Of a stretch of DNA of 64,000 nucleotides, positions 39,718 to 52,400 are shown piece by piece. The notes under the pieces were generated by a model. It had not been told where the DNA came from, searched no databases, and was given only the letters and a program-made list of their open reading frames with translations. How positions within the stretch are numbered: position 1 is the stretch's first letter; the number at the start of each line of letters is the position of its first letter. Both the position numbers and the translations under genes were made by a program. This stretch comes from Roseibacillus sp. (lineage in GTDB: Bacteria; Verrucomicrobiota; Verrucomicrobiia; Verrucomicrobiales; Akkermansiaceae): assembly GCA_965242925.1 (NCBI GenBank), contig CBDEUM010000030.1:32001-96000 (forward strand), read 5' to 3'.

Positions 39718-40650
39718 ATGATCAAGGTTGACAACCTCACCAAGCGTTTTGGCCGCCACCTGGCGGTGGCCGGAGCCACCTTCGAAGTGGAGCAGGGCGA
39801 AGTGGTCGGTTTCCTCGGACCGAACGGAGCTGGCAAAACCACCACCATCCGGATGCTCACCGGTTTCCTCCCGCCCACCAGCGGGTCCGCCGCCATCGAC
39901 AGCCTGGACGTGGGCCGCCACTCCGTGGAAGCCCGGCGCCAAATTGGCTACCTTCCGGAATCCGTTCCCCTTTATCGGGACATGCGGGTTCGTGAATATC
40001 TGCAGTTCCGCGGTCAGATTAAGGGACTTAAGGGCAAAATCCTCAAAGTCCGCATGGATGAGGTGCTTGAACGCTGCGGACTCCGGGAGGTCCGTCGCAA
40101 GATGATCAAGACTCTCTCCAAGGGCTTCCGCCAACGCGTGGGCCTGGCCGACGCGCTCATCCACGATCCTCCCCTCCTCATCCTGGACGAGCCTACCAAT
40201 GGATTGGATCCGAACCAGATCCGCTCCATTCGTCATCTTATCAAACAACTCGGCAAGTCCCATACCATCCTTCTCTCCACCCATATCCTCACCGAGGTAG
40301 AAATGATCTGTGACAAGATCGTGATCATCAACGGGGGGAAGATTCTGGCTTCCGACACCCCATCCAACCTGGTTTCCACCATGCGGGCGGCCGGTCGCAT
40401 TTCCATCGAGGTGAAGGCCGACCCGGAGAAGGCCCGGGAAAGGATGACCTCCCTCGACCACGTCAGGAAAGTGATCTACGAGCGCAGCCGGGACGACTGG
40501 GAAGAGTTCTCCCTCCTGGTGGAATCCGGAACCGATACCCGCGAACGCCTCGCCAGACTGGCCCGGGACGAGGACTGGCCACTTCGCAGCCTCCATCGGC
40601 ATGACGCCACCCTGGAGGATGTATTCGTCGAACTGACGCGCAAGGATTGA
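39718..40650 (+). CDS. ABC-2 transporter ATP-binding protein (GldA-like)
   Basis: GPNGAGKTT, LSKGFRQRVGLA, LILDEPTNGLDPNQ, STH. Confidence 0.93.
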   Translation: MIKVDNLTKRFGRHLAVAGATFEVEQGEVVGFLGPNGAGKTTTIRMLTGFLPPTSGSAAIDSLDVGRHSVEARRQIGYLPESVPLYRDMRVREYLQFRGQIKGLKGKILKVRMDEVLERCGLREVRRKMIKTLSKGFRQRVGLADALIHDPPLLILDEPTNGLDPNQIRSIRHLIKQLGKSHTILLSTHILTEVEMICDKIVIINGGKILASDTPSNLVSTMRAAGRISIEVKADPEKARERMTSLDHVRKVIYERSRDDWEEFSLLVESGTDTRERLARLARDEDWPLRSLHRHDATLEDVFVELTRKD

Positions 40651-40651
40651 C

Positions 40652-41404
40652 ATGACAAACCTCCTTATCCTCCTCCGCAAGGAGTTGCGCGGCTTCTTCC
40701 TGAGTCCCTTCGGCTGGATCGTTCTCACCTTTGTGACGGTAATGCAGGGCTGGTCCATGTCCGGCGCAATGAAAGCGCTGCAGGATGCTCCGATCCCGGA
40801 AAGCCTGGTCTACATTGTCTTCCACATGCCCCAGTTCTGGTTCTACTTTCTTGTCATTTTTCCGCTCATCACCATGCGACTCTTTGCGGAGGAAGAACGG
40901 GTGGGCACCCTGGAAACCCTCCTCACCGCCCCGATCCAGACCTGGCAACTCGTTCTAGGCAAGTATCTAGCGACACTGTGCTTTTACCTCATCCTCTGGA
41001 TTCCCGCCTTCATTCAGTTCCAGGTGTTCAGCATTCTCACCGATGTGCCTCCACCCTTCAGCACCGGATCGCTGCTGGGAGCCTTTTCCCTGATCTTCCT
41101 GATGGGCAGCCTCTTCATCGCGATTGGCAGCTTCGCCTCATCTCTCACCTCCAGCCAGATCATTGCAGGAGTAGTCACAGTGGGCCTCCTCTTCATTCAT
41201 TACTTCCTCGGTTATATCACCGTCATCTACGGCGACCGGTTCCCTGCCGCGTCGCTCTTTCATTACATTTCTTCCAGCGAACATCTCCGCTACTTCTCCA
41301 AGGGCCTGATCGATAGCCGCGCCATCGTCTACTACCTCACCGCCGCGATCTTCTTCCTCTTCCTCACTCATCATGTTCTCAATCATCGTCGATGGAGAAG
41401 CTAG
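40652..41404 (+). CDS. ABC-2 permease (GldF-like)
   Basis: KELRGFFLSP, ITMRLFAEEERVGTLETLLTAP..VLGKY, SSLTSSQIIA, KGLID. Confidence 0.9.
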   Translation: MTNLLILLRKELRGFFLSPFGWIVLTFVTVMQGWSMSGAMKALQDAPIPESLVYIVFHMPQFWFYFLVIFPLITMRLFAEEERVGTLETLLTAPIQTWQLVLGKYLATLCFYLILWIPAFIQFQVFSILTDVPPPFSTGSLLGAFSLIFLMGSLFIAIGSFASSLTSSQIIAGVVTVGLLFIHYFLGYITVIYGDRFPAASLFHYISSSEHLRYFSKGLIDSRAIVYYLTAAIFFLFLTHHVLNHRRWRS

Positions 41405-41418
41405 TCCCGGACCCTGCC

Positions 41419-42975
41419 ATGGTTGAAGAAATGCGAGACAACCAGGGGCCCCGACACGGGCAGGCGGACAAGTCGACAGGCAGGAACTCTGCCAGCGGCA
41501 TCATGGCCGTCCAGCTCCTCTTTGCCATCATCCTGTTGTTCTCGCTCAACTATCTCTCCGGCAGCCATCATACAGCCTGGGATCTGAGCCAGAATAATGA
41601 GTTCAGCCTTTCGAACCAGACGCAAAAACTCCTGACCTCCGATCTGCTCGATGCCCGGACCCGTCCCGTCCGCCTCATCGCCGCGGTGCGAAGGAACTCC
41701 GCTCACTATTCCCGCCTCCACGCCATGCTGGAGGAGTATAAGCGCCTGGCCCGTGGCGCACTCACCATCGAATTTGTGGATTACGTCCGGGACAGCGATA
41801 CCGCCCTCGAAATCGCCGACCAATACGGCACCACCTTTGTAGAGGACGTGATCATTATCGACGCCGTCCCCTCCCTTTCGCTTGCCCCTCCTGATGATCC
41901 ACAGGCAAAATCCCATGCCCAAAAAACAGCGACCCTGCGCCGGACCCATATCCGATACGTGGCGGTAGAGGACATGCTTGTCTTCGCCAGTGACAAGAGA
42001 CAGAACCGCCGCCTGATCGGCTACCAGGACGAGGATCAGCTGACCGCCGCTATTCGTCGTGCCATCGAGGGTAATCCCCGCCGGTTTTACTTTCTGGCTG
42101 ACAAGAGCCAGATCGCCGGCCCGGAAGAGGACGCCCCTTGGACCTTTCTCACCCGCACCTTTGACAGCCTCAACATCAAGCTCATTCCCAGGCGAATCTC
42201 AGACCTGGAAAAAATTCCCGATGATGCGGCCGGCGTCGCCCTGATCGCACCACGCTTCGACCTCAATGCTAGGGAAATGGCGATCTTCCGCGAATACTGG
42301 GACCGCCCCCGCGCTGCCGTCTTCGTAGTTCTTGATCCCACCCGGAAACAGCAACCCCCGAACCTCCGCGCCTTTTTGAGGGAACACGGCGTCACTCCCC
42401 GTGAAGTACGCCTCTCCACCACACAGGGAACCCCGCAGACCTTCGACGTGGCAGCCACTTTCACCAACGCGACCGCGGTAGGCGACCTTCGCAATGCCTC
42501 CACCTTGTTCGAGGGCGCAAGTGCCGCTCTCGACATACGGGAGAACGCCGAGGACCTCGAACTGAGGCAGATCAATCCTCTGGCTCTCATTACCGCCAAC
42601 AAGAGCGTCCGTGCCCGACCACTTGACGGATCCCCTCCCATCCCCGGACCCCATTATCTCGCCGCCTCCATCTCCCGCGGCAACGAGCGCAACGACACCA
42701 CGGCTAAAGCCACCTCACGCATGATCGTGGTGTCAAATTCTGATTTCCTACAACCGCGCTCGCGCCACAGGGAGCACATCGATTTCCTTCGAAATACGAG
42801 CAACTGGCTCATTGGCCGGGAAGAACTGATCGGCATCGGCCCCAGGCCAGTCCAATACTACAAGCTGCTCCTTCCTTCCCGGAAGGTCTCATTCGTCAAC
42901 AAGCTCAACCTCTTCTTCATTCCCGGCGCCTTTATCCTGGCGGCCCTCTTCATCTGGAATACCCGACGGGTCTGA
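41419..42975 (+). CDS. GldG-like ABC auxiliary periplasmic protein
   Basis: N- and C-terminal TM, WDLSQNNEFSLSNQT, RMIVVSNSDF, NWLIGREELIGI; start uncertain (41392-41431). Confidence 0.85.
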   Translation: MVEEMRDNQGPRHGQADKSTGRNSASGIMAVQLLFAIILLFSLNYLSGSHHTAWDLSQNNEFSLSNQTQKLLTSDLLDARTRPVRLIAAVRRNSAHYSRLHAMLEEYKRLARGALTIEFVDYVRDSDTALEIADQYGTTFVEDVIIIDAVPSLSLAPPDDPQAKSHAQKTATLRRTHIRYVAVEDMLVFASDKRQNRRLIGYQDEDQLTAAIRRAIEGNPRRFYFLADKSQIAGPEEDAPWTFLTRTFDSLNIKLIPRRISDLEKIPDDAAGVALIAPRFDLNAREMAIFREYWDRPRAAVFVVLDPTRKQQPPNLRAFLREHGVTPREVRLSTTQGTPQTFDVAATFTNATAVGDLRNASTLFEGASAALDIRENAEDLELRQINPLALITANKSVRARPLDGSPPIPGPHYLAASISRGNERNDTTAKATSRMIVVSNSDFLQPRSRHREHIDFLRNTSNWLIGREELIGIGPRPVQYYKLLLPSRKVSFVNKLNLFFIPGAFILAALFIWNTRRV

Positions 42976-43055
42976 CCGCGGCCAGGTAACCGATCGCATG
43001 CTTTCCCAGAACGAGTTCCCCGAATAACCTCTCCGGACTCCTTTCCTCTCGCCCC

Positions 43056-45035
43056 ATGCTCTCCAAGTGGTTCACCCTCAGTCTGGTGATTCTCGCCTCC
43101 ATGGTGGGGGGGCTCGCATGCATCCAGCTCTTCCATAATGACCTGGGCAAGATCTTCGGGACGCCGCCCCGCCAGGCAGGTGACGTCCTCTACGAAAATT
43201 TCGATCCCGGTGCTGTCCACACGGTGGTGATCAGCAAAAGCTCCGGAGAGCGGGCCGAATTCGTGAGGCGGAAAGGTATATGGCGCATGGTGGATCCCAA
43301 GCAAGACCGGGCGGATTACGCCATTCTTCAAACGATCATCTACTTTTCCCGCCATCTGCAGGTGGAAGATGTGATGAGACGTAAGGACATCACCCTTGAA
43401 GAGGCCGGCATGCGTGCCTCCGGCACATACGGGGGACGCTATAACATCACTCTCAAGGACCGCACTCAGAATACGCTGGCCAACTATCGACTGGGACGCC
43501 CCACTGCCTGGCATCGGCTCAATGATAAGGATGGCACCCTGGTTGAGACCTTCTTCGTTCGCCCGGGTGAGGACTCAATGGATGATTACATCTACATCTG
43601 CTCGGCCCCGGAAAAGCTGAAGACCAGTGTCCGGCAGACCCTTGATCGCGGCCTCAGCCGCCTGCGCGACCACCACCCCCTGCTCTTTGATCAACAGGGC
43701 ATCGCGGACATCACCATCAGAACCAAGGGACGCGAAATCGTCCTCAGTCGGCCCGATGCAGATTCTCCAGCCTGGAAGATGACCAAACCCCTCGAATCCC
43801 GAACGAAGCCCGAGATGATCAACGGACTCATCGTGGGCCTTGCGCAACTGGAGGCCATTCGCATTCACGACCTCAAATCGGTCACTATTCCTCCCCGCCC
43901 TCCCGGTGAATTTCTGGTTGAAGTCGAGCTCCGTCATTTCGGATCCGACGGCAGCCGGGGACAGACCTCCAACACGCTCACAATCGAACCACCCTCTCCT
44001 CCCGACGCCGATACCGTGCTGGCCTCCATCGAAGCACGCCCCGACCTCGTTTTTGAGATCCCCCTTAAACCGGTCACCGGCAGCATGACTCTCAGCCAAC
44101 TCCCGCTTGAGGTTGACCAACTGCGGGAGCGCACGCTTACCAGCCTCGACATCGCCACCCTCAAATCGATGACCATCCACCAGTTCAACGATCCGGGATT
44201 GATTCATGTATTCCTGGGCATGGGACGCACCGGACAGGCCCGGTGGATGTTGAACCAGGGGGGCGATACCGCTCCTGCCAACGAGGCTGTAATGGCCCGC
44301 GTCCTGCAGGCGATTTCACTCAACGAAGTGATCGGGTTCGCTTCCAACGCTGCCAGCAACCTCTCCCGCTACGGACTCTCCCCGCCCGCCAAACGCATCA
44401 TTCTCGATCTCAGGGAGGGTGACCCCATCGACCTTTTCTTCGGTCGGGGCGTCAACGGCCGATTCTACGCCATGCGCCACGGATCATCCGCCGTGGCCGA
44501 GATCGATGCCGCTACTTACACCTCCATCGCCACCAGGCCTTACCAGTGGCGGGACTCCCTGCTCATGCCCTTCTCCATCGTCGACCTCAGCATCATGAAG
44601 CTCGAGAAGTTTCCCTTCCGGGTCCCCCTGGCTGACCCGGCCCTCACCTTAAAATACAAGTTCCTCTCCGAAGATTGGGAGGCCCGACAGTTCGATGAGG
44701 ACGTCAGTGCCAGCCTCAACAAGCACCGTGCCAACCAGTTCATCAGATTCATGGAGGCCCTTCGGGTAGAACGCTGGTTGGATGAAAGCACCCCTGCCGC
44801 CACCCGTGCTCTTCGCGAACCCACCTTCCGCTTCACTGCGGTCTTCCGGGAACTCGACGGGCAAGGTGATCTCAAGGGCTTTCGCGAAGCATCCTTCGAT
44901 CTCGCCCCGGCCAGTCGCTCCCCCCGGAACAGGATCTTCTATGGAAAACTCAAGGATGACCCCCACTACTTTGTCCTCAGCATGGACTCCTACCACCAGT
45001 TGATTACCCCCCTGATGGACACCGGGAAACCGTAG
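43056..45035 (+). CDS. DUF4340 domain-containing protein (multiple repeats)
   Basis: N-terminal anchor; repeated W-x-M-x-x-P and YGLSPP motifs; typical position after GldG. Confidence 0.75.
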   Translation: MLSKWFTLSLVILASMVGGLACIQLFHNDLGKIFGTPPRQAGDVLYENFDPGAVHTVVISKSSGERAEFVRRKGIWRMVDPKQDRADYAILQTIIYFSRHLQVEDVMRRKDITLEEAGMRASGTYGGRYNITLKDRTQNTLANYRLGRPTAWHRLNDKDGTLVETFFVRPGEDSMDDYIYICSAPEKLKTSVRQTLDRGLSRLRDHHPLLFDQQGIADITIRTKGREIVLSRPDADSPAWKMTKPLESRTKPEMINGLIVGLAQLEAIRIHDLKSVTIPPRPPGEFLVEVELRHFGSDGSRGQTSNTLTIEPPSPPDADTVLASIEARPDLVFEIPLKPVTGSMTLSQLPLEVDQLRERTLTSLDIATLKSMTIHQFNDPGLIHVFLGMGRTGQARWMLNQGGDTAPANEAVMARVLQAISLNEVIGFASNAASNLSRYGLSPPAKRIILDLREGDPIDLFFGRGVNGRFYAMRHGSSAVAEIDAATYTSIATRPYQWRDSLLMPFSIVDLSIMKLEKFPFRVPLADPALTLKYKFLSEDWEARQFDEDVSASLNKHRANQFIRFMEALRVERWLDESTPAATRALREPTFRFTAVFRELDGQGDLKGFREASFDLAPASRSPRNRIFYGKLKDDPHYFVLSMDSYHQLITPLMDTGKP

Positions 45036-45122
45036 CAGCAGGCGAAGGAACAATCGAAAGCATGAGACACCGATTCCGCTTTCCACCCTGCATTCCCTGC
45101 GAAAGAATCTCCACCCAAACCA

Positions 45123-45605
45123 ATGAGCACTCATTTTGATCGTCCTGAGCTCCCCGCCCTGGGAATCGTGTCCACCATGGAAGAAGAGGACCGACGACTC
45201 CTCAGCAACTATGGGGAGTTTCTCCCGGTGCAGGAGGGAGACACCCTCATCGAGGAAGGAGCCGACCAGAACAGCCTCCTCTTTCTCATTTCGGGTCTTC
45301 TTCACGTAGTGACCGCCAAGGACGACAAACTCACACTCCTTGCCCGCGTGGAACCCGGCGAATCAATCGGAGAAGTCAATCTCTTCGATCCCTCCAAGGC
45401 CAGTGCCTCCGTGGTGTCCAAGAGCTTCAGTCAAGTCTGGAAGGCCGACCGCAACGATCTTGATGGCTTTCTCAAAGCCTATCCCGAAGCAGCCGGTCGC
45501 CTCATGATCGGCCTTCTCTCGGAGATGTGCAGACGTCTCCGCAATATGAACCAGAAGCTCTCAAATACCGAACTTCAGAATGCCCTCCGGGAGTTCTTCC
45601 AATAA
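45123..45605 (+). CDS. Cyclic-nucleotide-binding domain protein (no HTH)
   Basis: GDTLIEEG..LLFLISGLLHV..PGESIGEVNLFDPSKASASV. Confidence 0.85.
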   Translation: MSTHFDRPELPALGIVSTMEEEDRRLLSNYGEFLPVQEGDTLIEEGADQNSLLFLISGLLHVVTAKDDKLTLLARVEPGESIGEVNLFDPSKASASVVSKSFSQVWKADRNDLDGFLKAYPEAAGRLMIGLLSEMCRRLRNMNQKLSNTELQNALREFFQ

Positions 45606-45999
45606 GAAACCACCCCCCGTGATACTGGACACCTCTCTGGTCGTCTCCAGGGCAGCTTTCTCCCGCAGGGGAAAAACAGGAAAGCGGATCTCTCCCGCTT
45701 CTTTCCAAGGCTGCTCCCTCGGGCTCTGTTGAAGCGCCGTGGTCGGCAACGCCCTCATCCATGCCCGTGGTGTTTGGTCGTCATCGGCCTGGGCGGTCGG
45801 ACTGGCCTGGAACCCGCTTCCGTCTCCCTGCCAGTTGAAGAAACTTTTGAAATGTTTCCCGCGTGAATGAGCCTCCTGAGAAGAGGCGTTTCATCCCCCC
45901 ATGATTCACGCATATGGAACTGCATCCTGGTTGCTCTTCTCCTCTCCCATCTTATTTCATTGTGGAATCAACCCAATTTGCCTACCATTTCGTACCTTC

Positions 46000-46278
46000 A
46001 TGGAACTTGACCTGCTGGACGTTCACTTCGATCTGAAGGACATCAAACCTCGCGAGATCGAAGAGGCGCTTGAAGACCCCTTTGCGGTCCGGTTCCTGCC
46101 CGACCAGGATCGCGGAGATGGCGAGACACGCTACTACGCCCTCGGTCGAACGATCGTTGATCGCTACCTCTTCCTCTGTTTCTGGTCGGACGGCAAGAAT
46201 GTCCGCGTTGTGACGGCCCGCAACCTCACCGAAGGCGAACGCAAGTACTACGACCGAAAATACGCCGAATACAAGTGA
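46000..46278 (+). CDS. BrnT-like toxin family protein
   Basis: ETRYYALGRT..RYLFLCF..VRVVTARNLTEGERKYY; start placed at ATG 46000. Confidence 0.8.
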   Translation: MELDLLDVHFDLKDIKPREIEEALEDPFAVRFLPDQDRGDGETRYYALGRTIVDRYLFLCFWSDGKNVRVVTARNLTEGERKYYDRKYAEYK

Positions 46279-46559
46279 GCATGAAATCGATTTCCAACTG
46301 GAGCGAGCTCCCCCCCTTCCCGACTGAGAGCGAGGAGGCCGAATTCTGGATGTATCATGAACTCTCTCCGGCACTCATGAAGGCCTCCGAGCACGTCCCC
46401 GCCAGTCGTGAGTCAACCACCATCACCCTGCGCTTCGACCCTCGCATGCTTTCCCGCATCAAACGCATCGCCCGGGAACGATTCCTCAATTACCAGTCCA
46501 TGATGAAACAGTGGCTGGCCGAGCGCCTGGAGGACGAACAGCGCGATAGCGAGCGCTGA
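46275..46559 (+). CDS. BrnA/CopG-like ribbon-helix-helix antitoxin
   Basis: LPPFPTESEEAEFW..ITLRFDPRMLSRIKRIA..YQSMMKQWLAERL; overlaps the toxin stop codon. Confidence 0.82.
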   Translation: MSMKSISNWSELPPFPTESEEAEFWMYHELSPALMKASEHVPASRESTTITLRFDPRMLSRIKRIARERFLNYQSMMKQWLAERLEDEQRDSER

Positions 46560-47008
46560 TGCCCCGGCCCCGCCTGCCTGCCTGCCGCTCCAGAAGCCCC
46601 TTCTGGTCCACCCTATTCCTGCTCTGGGGGATCGTTCTCTGGCTGCTTTCCGACGGACCGATCCCCATGCGTGACGGACCAGATTTTCCCGGCTTCGATA
46701 AAATCCTGCACTTTGGCTACTTTTTTGGCGGAGCAGGACTGCTTTCCGCCGCCCTTTACCTGCACGGCTCTAATCGACCCGGCCTTTCCTGGCGACGCCT
46801 GGTGATCACAGTGGTGATCGTGCTCGCGACGGTCGGCGCCCTGGATGAATGGCACCAGTCGTGGATTCCGGAACGCTCCGGCAATGACTTCGGCGACTGG
46901 CTGGCTGATATCGCGGGGGCTCTCACCGGTGCGCTGGTCTTCAAATGCTTCCACCGCCTTTTGGGACAGCCAGCCCCGGATCGACTGTCTCCTGAAGACC
47001 TGTCCTGA
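46559..47008 (+). CDS. VanZ family membrane protein
   Basis: DKILHFGYF, GALDEWHQSWIPERS, DWLADIAG. Confidence 0.88.
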   Translation: MPRPRLPACRSRSPFWSTLFLLWGIVLWLLSDGPIPMRDGPDFPGFDKILHFGYFFGGAGLLSAALYLHGSNRPGLSWRRLVITVVIVLATVGALDEWHQSWIPERSGNDFGDWLADIAGALTGALVFKCFHRLLGQPAPDRLSPEDLS

Positions 47009-47040
47009 GCGGTCTTTGGAGTTCCCCCTCCCGTGGATGA

Positions 47041-49314
<2,274 letters not shown>

Positions 49315-49393
49315 CAGCCCCGCGACACTCGAACCACATCCGCTGCAATCGGCGATCAGTTCTCCCTCCCTCCATAAAACCGGTTCCCACACT

Positions 49394-49421
49394 TTGCGAC
49401 CTGCCAACGAGCTGTTATTCT
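49394..49421 (+). promoter_or_regulatory. Putative sigma70 promoter with extended -10
   Basis: TTGCGA-16 bp-TATTCT preceded by TG-N. Confidence 0.5.
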
Positions 49422-49431
49422 CAGGAATCCG

Positions 49432-52400
49432 ATGACGATTCTTCGCTGTGCCCTCGTCGCATCTACCCTGGCCCTTCACCTCCAGGCAGCCGACAGGGTC
49501 TTTGAGCCCTTTGAGGGGGACGGCTTCGGGACCTGGCAGGAGACCGGGAAGGCTTTTGGAAAGGCTCCTGCCACTGGCGGACACGGGACTCAGGCGGACA
49601 AGGTCCGCGACTACGCCGGTGAATCCTTCGCCAGTTCCTTCGCCGAGGGAGCTGCCGGGATGGGCTCGCTCACCTCTCCCCCCTTTTCCATCGAACACCC
49701 CCACATCAGCTTCCTCATAGGAGGCGGGAGCAAGAAGGGACTGACATCCATCCAGCTTCTCATCGATAACCAGATCATGCGGGAGGCCACCGGCCAGGGC
49801 GACAGCATCCTGCGACCCCGCACTTGGGATGTGAGCACCCTGAAGGGGCGGCAGGGAAGTTTGCGCCTGGTCGATGCCGCGGCCGGGGAGGGTGACTATA
49901 TCCTGATCGACCACATCCTCTTCGCTGAAAAGTCCGATCCAGCCTTTCCCGGCGCCACCCGGGACGGCCGCCCCTTCAATCCCGGACTGGTGAGCACCGA
50001 CACCCTCCCGGGCGTCACTATTCCAGAGGGCAGCAGGCTCGAGATCTTCGCCACTCACGGAGAACACGGCGTTTACTCGCCTACCGCCCTCTGTATCGAC
50101 GAGTCCGGGCGAGTCCTCGTAACCGAGACTCACCGCTTCCGTCACGGCATCGCCGACAACCGCAATCACCGCTACTGGCACACCGACGACATCGCTGCCC
50201 TCACCGTAGAAGACCGCCGCAGGATGCATCAGAAGTGGGACGGGGAATATCCGGTTGCCGCGATGACGGAAAAGTCGGAAAAAATCCGCCTCCTTGTCGA
50301 CACCGATGGAGACGGGAAGGCCGACCGGAACAGCGTCTACGCCGAAGGGTTCAACGGGATGCTCGACGGCACGGCAGGTGGCATCTACTCGCTGGAGGGT
50401 CAGGTCTACTTCGCCTGCATCCCTCACATCTGGACCCTCCGCGACACCGATGACGACGGCATTGCCGACACACGGAAGAAGCTCTTCTCCGGTTTCGGCC
50501 TCCGTGTCTCCCTGTCCGGTCACGATCTCAATGGATTCGCCCTGGGTCCGGACGGGCGGCTTTATGGATCGGTCGGCGACCGCGCCATGAATGTCACAAG
50601 CCGGGAAGGCCTGAATCTTGCCTATACCGACCAGGGCACGGTTTTCCGCTTTGATCCCGACGGAACCAACTTCGAGGTTGTGCACGCTGGCCTCCGCAAC
50701 CCCAAGGAGATTGCCTTCGATCAGTGGGGCAACCTCATCAGTGTCGACAACAACTCCGACCAAGGAGACAGGGCCCGGGTGGTCTACATCGTGGACGGGG
50801 CCGATAGCGGCTGGCGCACTGACCACCAGAACCTCCACACGTTCCACCGGGAAGTGGGGTATCCCCGCCGGCCCATCAACCAATGGATGCAGGAACGTCA
50901 ATGGGACAAGCATCATGAAGGGCAACCCTCCTTCCTCCTGCCACCTATCGACGTGCTGACCTCCGGTCCCTCCGGACTTACATATCAACCCGGGACCGGT
51001 TTCTCCACAAACTGCGAGAATGCCTTTCTGGTCTGCGACTACCGCGGGGGGCCGGCGGCCTCAGGCATCTGGGCCTTCGAACTGGAACCCCGGGGAGCAG
51101 GACTGGAGATGGTCAATGCCCGTAAGTTCAACTGGGGTGCCGCCGTCACCGATGTCGAATTCGGCTACGACGGCCGTCTCTATATCGCTGACTTCGTGAA
51201 AGGATGGCAATCCCACTCCGCCGGTCGCATCTACACGCTTTCCTCCGAAGAATCACTGACCTCGGCAAAGACGAAGGAAGTCACTGAACTTTTCGCCGAA
51301 AAGGACTTCAACCGTCTCCCGCCCCTTCAACTTTTCGAACTCATGGGGCACGAGGATTTCCGGGTTCGCCTTCGCGCACAACTGGCCCTCGCCGATCGCC
51401 CCGAGGCGGTGCCGTACTTCATCAATGCCACCAGACAGGAAGAAAGCCGCTCCCTGGCCCTGCACGGCATCTGGGGCCTCTGGATCAGGTCCCGCCGGTT
51501 CCAGTCGAATGCCTCCACCGACCAACTCCTGGAACTTCTCGGCCACCCCGACAACGAACTACGCGCTCAGGCCGCCCGCGCCCTGGGTGAAGCCCCCCTT
51601 GAGGATCATGGCCGTCTGATCAATTCCCTGCAGGATCCCTCTCCCCGTGTCCGGGCCTTTGCCGCAACCTCTCTCGCCCGACACCGCGCAACTGAAGCCT
51701 TCAACCCCACCCTGGTCCTCCTCGCTGAGAACGCCGATCATGATCCATATCTGCGTCACGCCGGAGTGATGTCTCTCCTCGGATCCGGAACCGAGGCACA
51801 AATCGCCGCGCTGGACGCCCATCCTAACAAGTCAATTCGTCTCGCTGCCGTGGTGGCTCTCCGTCGCCTCCGCTCTCCCAATCTGATCCGCTTCTTTTTC
51901 GATAAGGAAGATTCCCTCATCTCCGATGAGGCCATCCGCGCGGTACACGATGTCCCCATCGAAATCGCCCGTCCTGCGGTGGCCGCTCTTCTCGATGAAT
52001 ATGCTCCCGGCCAGGGGGGGCGCCCACTCAGTCGCATGATGCTTCGCCGACTCCTGCACAGTGCCTTTCGCGTCGGGGGGGCAGGGAATGCCACCCGCCT
52101 TCTCCGGGTGGCGACCAATGCTGCACTGGACAAGAACGAACGCCTTGAAGCGTTGCGCCTTGTCTCGGTCTGGACCAACCCTCCGGACGTCGACCAGTCA
52201 CTTGGTCGCTACGCACCGCTCAATCCCCGCAACCGGTCCGAAATCAAGGAAACCCTGGAACAGGAGATCGGCTCCCTCTTGAGCCTCAAGGGGGAGGTCC
52301 TTGCCGCCGCTATCGGCCTCGCAGGCCAGTATGGTCTTTCAGTGAAGGGACTCGATGAAGCCGGCTTGACCGGTCTTCTCGAGGACAGGGAACTGGGAAG

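Noticed and set aside
45861..45911. Hammerhead ribozyme
   Set aside because: A three-stem layout is possible, but the CTGATGA/GAAA core is missing on both strands
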